Shown here one piece after another: positions 8,830 to 17,135 of a DNA stretch of 47,077 bases. The notes beneath the pieces are model-generated. The model was given only the letters and a program-made list of their open reading frames with translations. It was not told where the DNA came from and did not search any database. Source of the DNA: Verrucomicrobiota bacterium (GTDB lineage: Bacteria > Verrucomicrobiota > Kiritimatiellia > CAIQIC01 > JAGNIJ01); contig JAHJJH010000224.1 in NCBI GenBank assembly GCA_018823105.1, forward strand, positions 1-47,077, in the 5' to 3' direction. The translations under genes were made by a program, and so were the position numbers. How positions within the stretch are numbered: position 1 is the first letter of the stretch; each line of letters starts with the position of its first letter.

Positions 8830-10101
8830 ATGAGCCCTCAAAATACGCCCTGTGCTTCGTCGTCCGCTCGTCGCTCGAGCGGCTTCGGCCGATGGCTTGG
8901 CGTGCTCCTGTTCTTTGGCTTGGCCTGCCCCGGCGACCTGTACGCCCTCCGCCTGCCGCTCAAGCCGGCGATCCTGCTTGCCGCCGCCGGCCTGGCCGCG
9001 CTCCAACTGGCCTCCGCCGATCGAATGCGCGAGGCGTGGCGCACGCTGCTCGCGCCGCCGATGGGGTGCTTCGCTTTGTTCCTGCTTACGGCTCTCGTCG
9101 CCATGGGCCACACCGCTCACCTTCGGCCCGCGTTCGCGTTCATGGCGCTCTACGTGTCCGCCCTGCTCGTGGCGCTGGCGGCCTGCGGCGAGTCACCCGC
9201 CCGTTTGCTGGGCCTCTATCGCCACGCCGTCGGACTTAACCTCCTACTGTCCGCGCTGGTTCATTTCCTCGGCGTGTTCCCCGGCTTCATCCAGGTGAGT
9301 GAGGGCCTGCGCTTCGGCGGCCTCTATGCCTACCCCACCCCCGTCGCGGCCGCGGCGGCCACCTACCTCTTGATCTTCCTGCAGCAGCGCCGCGAGCGCC
9401 TGGCGGAGGACACCCCGCCGCGGAGGCTGACCGGCATGCAGGTGCTCCGATGGCTGGAGTTTGCGGCGGCGACGTGGGCATTGTGGCAGGCCCGCAGCCG
9501 GGGGGTTCCGATCATACTGCTGGCGGTGTCCGTCGGGTTCCTGCTGGCACACGCGGCGGTGAAGCTTCGCCATCGTTCGACGGAGCCGATTCCACGATGG
9601 CCTTTCTTCACGGCGGCCTTAAGCCTTGCGCTGCTGGCCGACACCGTGATGACCCGCGGGACCGGCAGCCTGGCGACGATGAGCGGTCGGATTCCAGCCT
9701 GGAAACAAGCGCTGGGGGCTATCGCCGCCCATCCGTTCCTCGGCTATGGTCCCGGCTCCTTCCGGGATGTGTTCCCGCTGCAACAGGGCGCCGGTTGGCA
9801 TTCCTTCGGCTCTCACAATGCCATCCTCGATGCGTGCCTGTACTCGGGCGTCCTTGGCGGCCTCTTCTACACCTGCTTCCTGGCGGGCGTTGTGCTGAGC
9901 ACGGCCGCTCGCTTCGCGCGGCACCCGGCCCGCGCCGGCACGCCCTTCATCCTCGCAACCTTCTGGGTCCTGCTGTCGATGACGGACCCGCTTCTCATGC
10001 GCTGGCCCTACAGCAGTCACGTAGTCCTGCTTGTCATGGCCGCCTGGATGAGCCGGCCGAGTGATGGCCCGAGCCGTTCCTGCACGACGCGGATGGAGTA
10101 G
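8830..10101 (+). CDS. O-antigen ligase/Wzy-like polytopic membrane protein
   Basis: Many TM segments plus 'SRG', '[22 protein letters not shown]', 'HNAILD.....GVLG' (Wzy_C-type motifs). Confidence 0.85.
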   Translation: MSPQNTPCASSSARRSSGFGRWLGVLLFFGLACPGDLYALRLPLKPAILLAAAGLAALQLASADRMREAWRTLLAPPMGCFALFLLTALVAMGHTAHLRPAFAFMALYVSALLVALAACGESPARLLGLYRHAVGLNLLLSALVHFLGVFPGFIQVSEGLRFGGLYAYPTPVAAAAATYLLIFLQQRRERLAEDTPPRRLTGMQVLRWLEFAAATWALWQARSRGVPIILLAVSVGFLLAHAAVKLRHRSTEPIPRWPFFTAALSLALLADTVMTRGTGSLATMSGRIPAWKQALGAIAAHPFLGYGPGSFRDVFPLQQGAGWHSFGSHNAILDACLYSGVLGGLFYTCFLAGVVLSTAARFARHPARAGTPFILATFWVLLSMTDPLLMRWPYSSHVVLLVMAAWMSRPSDGPSRSCTTRME

Positions 10102-10175
10102 TTGTCCTGGAGCAGGTGCGTGGCGAGGCTGTGCCGGAAAGTGTGGGCGCTCACGCGCTTGGTCAGCCCTGCCGT
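10065..10175 (-). pseudogene. Remnant of a tyrosine recombinase (integron-integrase-like box II region)
   Basis: Minus-strand translation '[36 protein letters not shown]' carries the HxxR...LG(H) catalytic box. No in-frame start, N-terminal part or catalytic Tyr is recognisable. Not in the ORF track. Confidence 0.8.
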
Positions 10176-10252
10176 GCGCGCCGGCCTTGTTTCATGGAAG
10201 CTCCTTCAGGGAAATGGCGGGTATTATGCGCGGCGCCTCTCCCTCGTCAACG
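10176..10252. repeat. Right copy of 77-bp degenerate direct repeat (orphan promoter + RBS + ATG on minus strand)
   Basis: TTGACG-N16-CATAAT, GAAGGAG, ATG AAA CAA GGC CGG CGC GC versus ATG AAA CGA GCC CCG CGC GC at the GH13 start (17/20 nt identical). Confidence 0.7.
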
Positions 10253-10375
10253 GCGACCCGGCACGCTCATCTCACGCCCGGGTGCGCCGAGTTGTTTTGG
10301 CGACGACGACGAAAAACCTTTATCGCTGGAAGCCAGTGTGGGAAACTTGGCGCCAGTTATGCAATGGAGGCAGCC

Positions 10376-11911
10376 ATGAATGGAGAATCGTTTCCTGTTC
10401 CTTCGAATCGTATTCCTCGGCGCCGGGGCTTGGCCCTGCCCCTTTTCACCGGGGGCGGGGTGCTGTTGATCTTCGCGCTGGCGCTGGCGATTCCTCTCTG
10501 GGTCTGGTTCTTCTGGCGAATCGAGCCGGATGCGGGCGAGATCGCGGTGCTCATTCACAAGACCGGGAAGGACCTGCCGTCCGGCCAGATCCTGGCCCTG
10601 GAACCGGACCAGAAAGGCATCCAACTGGAAGTCCTGCCGGAAGGCCGGTATTTCCATAATCCTTTCTCGTGGGGCTGGCGCATCTCGCCGATGAACGATA
10701 TCCCGGCGGGGAAACTCGGCGTGCAGACGCGCCTGTTCGGGGCCGACCTGCCGCCGGGCGAAATCGTCGCCGGGGAAGGCACCAAGGGTATCCTGGCCGA
10801 CATCCTGCGGCCCGGGAAGTACCGCATCAATCCCTTCGCGTACAGTGTGGAGATCTTTGACGCGATTTCCATCCGGCCCGGCTCGGTCGGCGTGGTGACT
10901 TCGCTCGCCGGCCGCGACGTGCTGAACAGCGAGTTGAAGCCGGAGGAGCGCAACACGTTTCTCGTAAGCAAGGGGCTGAAGGGCGTGATCCCGGAGGTGC
11001 TCGAGCCTGGGACGTACTACCTGAATCCCTACCTCTTCGCCGTCTCGGAGGTGAACCTGCAGAGCCAGCGCTTCGAGATGAGCGGCGAGGACGCGATCAG
11101 CTTCCTGACCATGGACGGGTTTACGGTGTCGGTCGAAGGGACACTGGAGTACGCCATCATCCGGGAAAAGGCGGCGCTGATTACGCACCGGGTCGGCGAC
11201 ATGGACGACATCCTCAAGAAAGTCATCCTGCCGCGCGCCCGCGGGTTCAGCCGCATCGAAGGCAGCAAGCACCCGGCGATCAACTTCATCGTCGGCGAGA
11301 CGCGCCAGCAGTTCCAGGACACGCTCGAGGCGCACCTGCGGGAGAAATCCGAGGTCTGGGGCGTGGCCATCAAGTCCGTCCTGATCCGTAACATCAAGCC
11401 GCCGGACGAGATCGCCAGCGTGATCCGCGACCGCGAGGTGGCGGTCCAGAACGCGCTCAAGATCGAGCAGCAGATCGCGCAGGCGAAGTCCAAGGCGGAA
11501 CTGGGGAAACAGGAGATGCTGGCCGAGCAGAGCAGGCAGAAGGTCGAAGCGGACACGGCCCGCATCCGCGCGGTGATCCGCGCGCAGCAGGAGATGGCCG
11601 TGCGCCTGACGGCGGCACGCAAGGACTTGGAGGTGGCCGAGGTCGAGAACGAGGCGGCGGACTTCCAGGTGCAGGCCCGGCTCGCGGCCGCGGAAGCCGA
11701 ACGGGACGTGATCCGGCTGAACAACGAGGCGCAGGCCGGCGTGCTCAAGGGCCAGGTGAAAGCCTTCCGGACCGGGATGAATCTGGCCCGCTATACGCTC
11801 TATCGCAAACTCGCACCGCGTATCGCGACGATCCTGACGGGGGATCAGAAGGACGGGCTGGGCGCCGTCTTCCTCCCGTTCCTTCCCGACCGGAAGGAGG
11901 TGGCCCAATGA
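10376..11911 (+). CDS. SPFH/Band-7 domain protein A (one TM, three tandem repeats, SPFH domain, coiled coil)
   Basis: GGAGG RBS then ATG 10376; TM helix; 3x 'KG....L.[EP]G.Y..NP'; 'FLTMDGFTVSVEGTLEY'; 'GVAIKSVLIRNIKPP'; A/E/Q-rich tail. Confidence 0.85.
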   Translation: MNGESFPVPSNRIPRRRGLALPLFTGGGVLLIFALALAIPLWVWFFWRIEPDAGEIAVLIHKTGKDLPSGQILALEPDQKGIQLEVLPEGRYFHNPFSWGWRISPMNDIPAGKLGVQTRLFGADLPPGEIVAGEGTKGILADILRPGKYRINPFAYSVEIFDAISIRPGSVGVVTSLAGRDVLNSELKPEERNTFLVSKGLKGVIPEVLEPGTYYLNPYLFAVSEVNLQSQRFEMSGEDAISFLTMDGFTVSVEGTLEYAIIREKAALITHRVGDMDDILKKVILPRARGFSRIEGSKHPAINFIVGETRQQFQDTLEAHLREKSEVWGVAIKSVLIRNIKPPDEIASVIRDREVAVQNALKIEQQIAQAKSKAELGKQEMLAEQSRQKVEADTARIRAVIRAQQEMAVRLTAARKDLEVAEVENEAADFQVQARLAAAEAERDVIRLNNEAQAGVLKGQVKAFRTGMNLARYTLYRKLAPRIATILTGDQKDGLGAVFLPFLPDRKEVAQ

Positions 11912-13575
11912 AATCCACCTTCGCTATTGTGGTTACGCTGGTGATCATCGTCGGCGGCGTGTGGCTGTTCTGGCAATGGGGCATCTGCCGCTTCTACGTG
12001 GACACCGATGAAATGGCCGTAATCATCGCCAAGATCGGCGACCCGCTGCCCCCCGGCCAGATCCTCGCGAATCCCGGGCAGAAAGGCGTCCAGGAAGCCG
12101 TCCTCGGCGAGGGCCGGCACTTCCGGAACCCGTGGCTGTACGAACGCGTGATCAAGCCGGTCATCGTCATCCCCCCCGGCAAGGTCGGCGTGGTTACGTC
12201 CAAGGTCGGCAACGAACTGCCGCAGGGCGAGTTCCTGGCGGAGGTCGGCCAGAAAGGTATCTGGCGGCGAGTGCTGGGGCCCGGCAAGTACCGGCTGAAC
12301 CCCTACGGGTACCAGGTGGAAGTCGTCAACGCCATCAGTGTCCCCATCGGGTATGTCGGCGTGATCACCTCGCTCTCCGGGGAGCAGGCCCCCCCGGGTG
12401 AATTCGCCGGGACAGGACAGAAGGGCATCCGCAAGGACGTCATGCAGCCGGGCCTTTATTATGTCAATCCGAAGGCCCTGAAGACCGACGTGCTGGAGAT
12501 CGGCGTCAACCAGGTCTCCCTGATCGGCAAGACCGGCGGCGAGGTCATCACCAAGACCCAGATCGCCAGCCAGAACGTGGCCATGCAGCAGTTGCAGCGC
12601 CAGGTACTCGACGACCAGAAGGATAAACGGATGGAGTATATGATGTCGCGCGCGCAGGAAGCCGCCCCGGCGCCGAAACCCGGGATGAAAGCCGTCCAGC
12701 AGATGCCGGACTACAGCGCCGCCTTGAGCATAGCGCAGTTCGTCGAATTCCCCTCGCGCGACGGGTTCGAGATCAGCCTGGACATGACCGTCGAGTTCGA
12801 ACTGCTGCCCGAGCTCATCGCCGCGATCTTCCGCAACTACGGCGACCTGCCGGCGGTCGTGGACAAGATCATCATGCCGCAGATCCTCTCCGTATCACGC
12901 CTCAAGGGCTCCGCCTACCGCGCCAAGGACTTCATCGTCGGCGAGGGCCGCGAAAAGTTCCAGAGCGACCTGACCGAGGCGCTCGCGCGGTCGCTCGCGG
13001 AGCGGAAGATCGTCATCCACAACGCCCTGATCCGCCACGTCAACGTGCCCATGCAGATCCTCGATCCCATCCAGCAGGCGAGCATCGCCGTGGAGCAGGA
13101 CCTGACCAACCAGGAGAAGCAGAACACGGCGAAGAAGCAGGCCGAACTGAACACCCAGTTGAGCCTGATTGACCAGGCCCGCGAGCAGGTGGCGCAACTG
13201 ACGGAGAAGATCAAGGCGGAGATCAAGGCCGACCAGGAGAAGCAGGTCGCCAAGATCCAGGCGGACACGCTCAAGCAGACGGCGGACATCGCGCGGCAGA
13301 CCGCCCAGGTGCGGGCCGAAAGGACCCGTAAACTCGGCGGCGTGGAGGCCAAGGTGATCGAGCTCGTGGAGGGCGAGAAGGCGAAGGGCTTCGAGCTCAA
13401 GGCCGACGCCTTCGGCGACCCGTCCGGCTTCTCGCTGTGGGAGTTCGCCCAGAGCCTCAACCCGCAGGTGCAGGTCAACATCCTCCACTCCGGCCCGGGC
13501 ACGCTCTGGACCGACCTCGAGAAAGCGCGGCTCGGCGACCTCGGCGGCGCCGCGGTGATCAAGCAGGAGAAATAA
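11908..13575 (+). CDS. SPFH/Band-7 domain protein B (paralog of A, with ~70-aa insertion)
   Basis: ATGA overlap with A and AAGGAGG RBS; same three repeats; 'FPSRDGFEISLDMTVEF'; 'IVIHNALIRHVNVP'; coiled-coil tail. Confidence 0.85.
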   Translation: MKSTFAIVVTLVIIVGGVWLFWQWGICRFYVDTDEMAVIIAKIGDPLPPGQILANPGQKGVQEAVLGEGRHFRNPWLYERVIKPVIVIPPGKVGVVTSKVGNELPQGEFLAEVGQKGIWRRVLGPGKYRLNPYGYQVEVVNAISVPIGYVGVITSLSGEQAPPGEFAGTGQKGIRKDVMQPGLYYVNPKALKTDVLEIGVNQVSLIGKTGGEVITKTQIASQNVAMQQLQRQVLDDQKDKRMEYMMSRAQEAAPAPKPGMKAVQQMPDYSAALSIAQFVEFPSRDGFEISLDMTVEFELLPELIAAIFRNYGDLPAVVDKIIMPQILSVSRLKGSAYRAKDFIVGEGREKFQSDLTEALARSLAERKIVIHNALIRHVNVPMQILDPIQQASIAVEQDLTNQEKQNTAKKQAELNTQLSLIDQAREQVAQLTEKIKAEIKADQEKQVAKIQADTLKQTADIARQTAQVRAERTRKLGGVEAKVIELVEGEKAKGFELKADAFGDPSGFSLWEFAQSLNPQVQVNILHSGPGTLWTDLEKARLGDLGGAAVIKQEK

Positions 13576-13585
13576 CCGTCGCCCG

Positions 13586-13640
13586 GCCGGCTTCAACGAA
13601 GCCGGCTACAGGTCCTGTAGCCGCGGCGTTATACGCCGCG
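13586..13640. repeat. Pair of GTAG-type REP-like hairpins downstream of the SPFH operon
   Basis: GCCGGCTTC-aac-GAAGCCGG-CTAC (13586-13609) and GTAGC-CGCGGCGT-tat-ACGCCGCG (13617-13640). Confidence 0.75.
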
Positions 13641-13741
13641 AAAGGGCACGCCGTATAACAGGGAAGAAATGGGTCTGGAGTCTTTTCAAGGTCGGGCGAC
13701 AGGCCCGCGCGACGGAGCGCGCGGGCCACCTCAAGAAGGCA

Positions 13742-14155
13742 TCATCGTGGGTCCCGGGTCAGTTCGTCGGGGGCGAGGCGCCGGCGGACGTCGAAGTCAT
13801 AGCCCCAGACCGGGCGGCCTTCGAGTTTCAGGAACAAGCAGCGGGAGTCCTCGCTCCAGGACAGCCGCTCGCCCAGGTCCACGCGGTAGTCGTTCGTGAG
13901 CGGGGCGGAATAGAACAGCGTTCGCCAGGTCCAGCCTTCCTTCGCCTTGACCACCAGGCTCTCGCGGGCCGAGTAGCGGGTGCGGAGTAACCGCGCCGAC
14001 CGCCGACCGTCCGGGGAGTCCAGCCGCTGCACAATCCAAGCGGGCGGCGCGACGATGCGCAGCCCGAGATACAACAGAGCGGCGCTCGCCAGCAGAAGGA
14101 CGATCCAGCGCGGGACCCACAGGCCGCCGACAAGGTTACGGGGATTCGGCGCCAT
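13742..14155 (-). CDS. Hypothetical membrane-anchored protein
   Basis: N-terminal TM helix, 'SPDGRRSARL' and 'LSWSEDS' beta-rich motifs; overlaps the rseP 3' end by 20 nt. Confidence 0.6.
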   Translation of the reverse strand: MAPNPRNLVGGLWVPRWIVLLLASAALLYLGLRIVAPPAWIVQRLDSPDGRRSARLLRTRYSARESLVVKAKEGWTWRTLFYSAPLTNDYRVDLGERLSWSEDSRCLFLKLEGRPVWGYDFDVRRRLAPDELTRDPR

Positions 14156-15530
14156 GCTCCGCCTCCGGGCCCGCCGGCGCCTCGACGGCTACCGGGGCGC
14201 CGTTGGTCGCCACGACTTCCACCGGTTCGCCCCGGAAGAAGGGCAGGATCATGCGCACGGTGTCGCGGTACAGGAGCAGGGCGAACAGCGCGATGATCAG
14301 CGCGGCGAAGATATTCATCAGCGCATTCACGATGCGCGCGCTGGGCGGGCGGCGCGTGACGGCCTCCCACAAGGCGAACATCAGGTGCCCGCCGTCGAGC
14401 ACGGGGATCGGCAGGATGTTGATGATGGCCAGGTTGACGTTGAGCATGCCGGTGAACCAGAGGGCCATCAGGAAACTGCCCTGCACGTAAAGCCAGAACA
14501 TGCCGAAGATGGCCACCGGGCCGCCCACGGCCTGCGCCGCGGCCCGGGACTGCCCCGGCGTCAGCAGCGCGCGCAGCAGGCGCACGATCAGGAAGGCATG
14601 GGTCTTGATCTGGGCCATGGGCCGCTTGACGTCCAGCGTGTTGAACACCACGCCGATCCGCACCTTCTTCGTCGCCTCCTCATACGCCGGCGTCACCTCG
14701 AGCGTCAGCGGGGTGCCCTCCCGCTCGATCAGCACAGGGACGGCTTTATCCCGGCATTCCGCCACCTGCTGGATAAGATGCTCGCGGCTGTATAAGCGCA
14801 CGCCGTTGAGCTCCACGATCCGGTCGCGCGGACGGATGCCAGCGCGGTCGGCACTGGAGCCGGCGTCCACGCTCAACACCCAGCAGTAACTCATCGGCAT
14901 CAGCCCGGGGACATACCGCGCGCCGAGAAAACGCTCAGTCCGCACCGCCACGGTCTTCTCCGTCCCGTCGGCCGCGCGAACCTCCAGGACGAGGTCATCA
15001 TAGAGCGCGCCGGTGACCAGGAAGTCCTCCCAGGTGCGGACGGACTGGCCGTTGACCGTTTCGATCGAATCGCCGATCCGCACCCCGGCCTCGAAAGCGG
15101 CGCCGTCCGGGTCCACGAAGCCGACGAGGCTGTTCTCCTGTTCCGGCGCGTAGGACTGGCCGCCCAGGTAGACGATCCAGGCAAGGATCACGGCCAGGAT
15201 CATGTTACCCGCGACGCCCGCCAGCGAAACCAGGAGGCGTTTCCACGGGGCCGCGGGCGGCAGGTTCTTTTTCTCCGACTTGCCTTCCAGCGCCAGCCCG
15301 CCCGTCGGGTCCATCTGCGGCAGCGCCACGTAACCTCCGAAGGGGATCAGTCCGATCTTGTAGGTGATATCGCCGACTTTTTTCTTCCAGATCGCCGGTC
15401 CGAACCCGATGGAGAAGACCTCGATGACCATGCCCAGCCGCCGGGCCACGAGGAAGTGACCTAACTCATGAACCAGGATGGTGGCGCCGAAGAGGAGGGC
15501 GATGACGAAAATCGTATAGAGCGTGAGCAT
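14136..15530 (-). CDS. rseP: RIP metalloprotease RseP (M50, two PDZ domains)
   Basis: 'HELGH', 'FSIGFGP', 'IPFGGYV', 'NILPIPVLDGGH'. Confidence 0.95.
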   Translation of the reverse strand: MLTLYTIFVIALLFGATILVHELGHFLVARRLGMVIEVFSIGFGPAIWKKKVGDITYKIGLIPFGGYVALPQMDPTGGLALEGKSEKKNLPPAAPWKRLLVSLAGVAGNMILAVILAWIVYLGGQSYAPEQENSLVGFVDPDGAAFEAGVRIGDSIETVNGQSVRTWEDFLVTGALYDDLVLEVRAADGTEKTVAVRTERFLGARYVPGLMPMSYCWVLSVDAGSSADRAGIRPRDRIVELNGVRLYSREHLIQQVAECRDKAVPVLIEREGTPLTLEVTPAYEEATKKVRIGVVFNTLDVKRPMAQIKTHAFLIVRLLRALLTPGQSRAAAQAVGGPVAIFGMFWLYVQGSFLMALWFTGMLNVNLAIINILPIPVLDGGHLMFALWEAVTRRPPSARIVNALMNIFAALIIALFALLLYRDTVRMILPFFRGEPVEVVATNGAPVAVEAPAGPEAEHGAESP

Positions 15531-15556
15531 TCAGGATTTCCTTTGGTTCCGGGGCC

Positions 15557-16387
15557 TCAAGTGAGGAAGAAGGTGGCGTACACGTACAGCATCGGGACGG
15601 CGAACAGGAGGCTGTCGAGCATGTCCAGCAGACCGCCCATGCCGAGGATGATCCGCCCGGAATCCTTGACGCCGGCGGCCCGTTTGAAGAGCGATTCGGT
15701 CAGGTCGCCCGCGATGCCCGCCAGGGACAGGAGGATGCCAAGCGCGATCGCGTCGCCCCAGCAGAACCGCACCTGCTGCCAGTAGGGCCGGGCGAGGACG
15801 AACGCGGCCAGGCTGCCCAGGACGGAGGCGCCGATGCCCCCGAGGCAGCCCTCCCACGACTTGGCCGGCGAGATGCGCGGGATGAGCTTATGTCGCCCGA
15901 TGGCGCAGCCGATGAAGAAGGCGCCGACGTCCGACAGTTTAACCACGACGATCGCGTACAGGGCCAGGAGCCGTCCGTCGTGATCGCCCCAGTCAACCAG
16001 CAGCCGGGTGAAAAAGTTGAACAGGAAAGCGACATAGAGCACGCCGAACAGCGTCCCCGCGATGGTTTCCAGCGGGCGCGGGTTATTCTTCTGCGGGAAC
16101 TGCCGCAGCAGCACGGCCACCAGGATGCCGAACAGCACGATGATTTCGATCCGGCCCGGCGCGGCCTTCAGCACGCCCGTGCCCAGGATCAGGGCCAGGC
16201 CGCCCGCGATGCCGACGTAGGGAAAGTGGGGAATGTGCGCGCCATCGAGCAGTCCGTAGAACTCCCAGAGGGCGATCGCCGTCAGCGCCAGCAGCACCAC
16301 CAGCCACCCGTTGAACGGCAGCCACCACGCCGCCGCGAACAGCGCCGCGCTGATCAGCAAGCCGCTCTGGATTCGCTGTCGAAACAT
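15557..16387 (-). CDS. cdsA: Phosphatidate cytidylyltransferase
   Basis: 'SDVGAFFIG...GRHKL.PRISPAKSWEG', 'GDLTESLFKRAAGVKDSG....GMGGLLD..DS'. Confidence 0.95.
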   Translation of the reverse strand: MFRQRIQSGLLISAALFAAAWWLPFNGWLVVLLALTAIALWEFYGLLDGAHIPHFPYVGIAGGLALILGTGVLKAAPGRIEIIVLFGILVAVLLRQFPQKNNPRPLETIAGTLFGVLYVAFLFNFFTRLLVDWGDHDGRLLALYAIVVVKLSDVGAFFIGCAIGRHKLIPRISPAKSWEGCLGGIGASVLGSLAAFVLARPYWQQVRFCWGDAIALGILLSLAGIAGDLTESLFKRAAGVKDSGRIILGMGGLLDMLDSLLFAVPMLYVYATFFLT

Positions 16388-16397
16388 GACCGTCCGC

Positions 16398-17135
16398 CTA
16401 TCCGATGTCCCCGAACCGCCGATGCCGCCGCGCGTACTCGGCCAGTGCCTCCCGGAACTGCTCTTCCCGGAAGTCCGGCCAGAGCACGTCGGTAAAGTAT
16501 AGCTCGGCGTACGAAAGCTGCCAGAGCAGGAAATTGCTGATCCGTAATTCGCCGCTGGTCCGGATCATCAGGTCGGGATCCGGCACGTCCGGCGCGTAGA
16601 GGTTGGCCGCGATGGTTTTTTCGTCAATCGCGTCCGGCGTCACTTCGCCGTCCCGCACCCGGCGGGCGATGCGACGGACGGCGTCGCTCAACTCGGTGCG
16701 GCTGCCGTAGCTTAACGCCAGGATCAACTGGCCGGCGTCGTAGTGCTCCGTGGCTTTCATCACCCGCTTCAGCTCCTGCTGGATCTCCGCGGGCAGGTCG
16801 GCCAGCCGCCCGATCACGCGCAGCCGGACCTTGTTCTCATGCAGATCGCGCTCGTCGCGCCGGAGGAACCGCTTGAGCAGCGACATCAGGCCGCGGATCT
16901 CCGCGCGCGGCCGGACCCAATTCTCCACGCTGAAGGCGTAGAGGGTCAGGTACTTGACGCCGGCATCACGGCAGGCCCGGATGATGGCCCGCACGGACTC
17001 GGCCCCGGCCTGGTGGCCACGCAGGCGCGGCAAGCCGCGCCGTTTGGCCCAGCGGCCGTTGCCATCCATGATGATGGCCACATGGACGGGAACCTTGGGC
17101 CCGCTCTCACCCGGGCCGACTTTCGGCCTGGTCAT
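16398..17135 (-). CDS. uppS: Undecaprenyl diphosphate synthase (isoprenyl transferase)
   Basis: 'HVAIIMDGNGRWA', 'YAFSVENW.RP', 'IRTSGELRISNFLLWQLSYAE'. ATG 17135 overlaps the purA stop (ATGA). Confidence 0.95.
   Translation of the reverse strand: MTRPKVGPGESGPKVPVHVAIIMDGNGRWAKRRGLPRLRGHQAGAESVRAIIRACRDAGVKYLTLYAFSVENWVRPRAEIRGLMSLLKRFLRRDERDLHENKVRLRVIGRLADLPAEIQQELKRVMKATEHYDAGQLILALSYGSRTELSDAVRRIARRVRDGEVTPDAIDEKTIAANLYAPDVPDPDLMIRTSGELRISNFLLWQLSYAELYFTDVLWPDFREEQFREALAEYARRHRRFGDIG

Noticed and set aside
6354-10064. Integron cassette array (attC sites) next to the integrase remnant
   Set aside because: No RYYYAAC...GTTRRRY palindromic attC structure was recognisable in the intergenic gaps by eye; a covariance-model search would be needed.
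10348-10362. Sigma-54-like TGGCGCC-N4-ATGC upstream of the SPFH operon
   Set aside because: The implied TSS (~10374) falls downstream of the GGAGG RBS (10366-70), and the match is weaker than the one at 3844.
10061-10375. N-terminal extensions in the ORF track (SPFH-A from 10061; likewise uppS from 17450, purD from 36888, anti-sigma from 21852, kinase from 29123, cdaA from 44866)
   Set aside because: Downstream starts have RBS or stop/start overlaps and coincide with the start of family homology; the extensions overlap other features.
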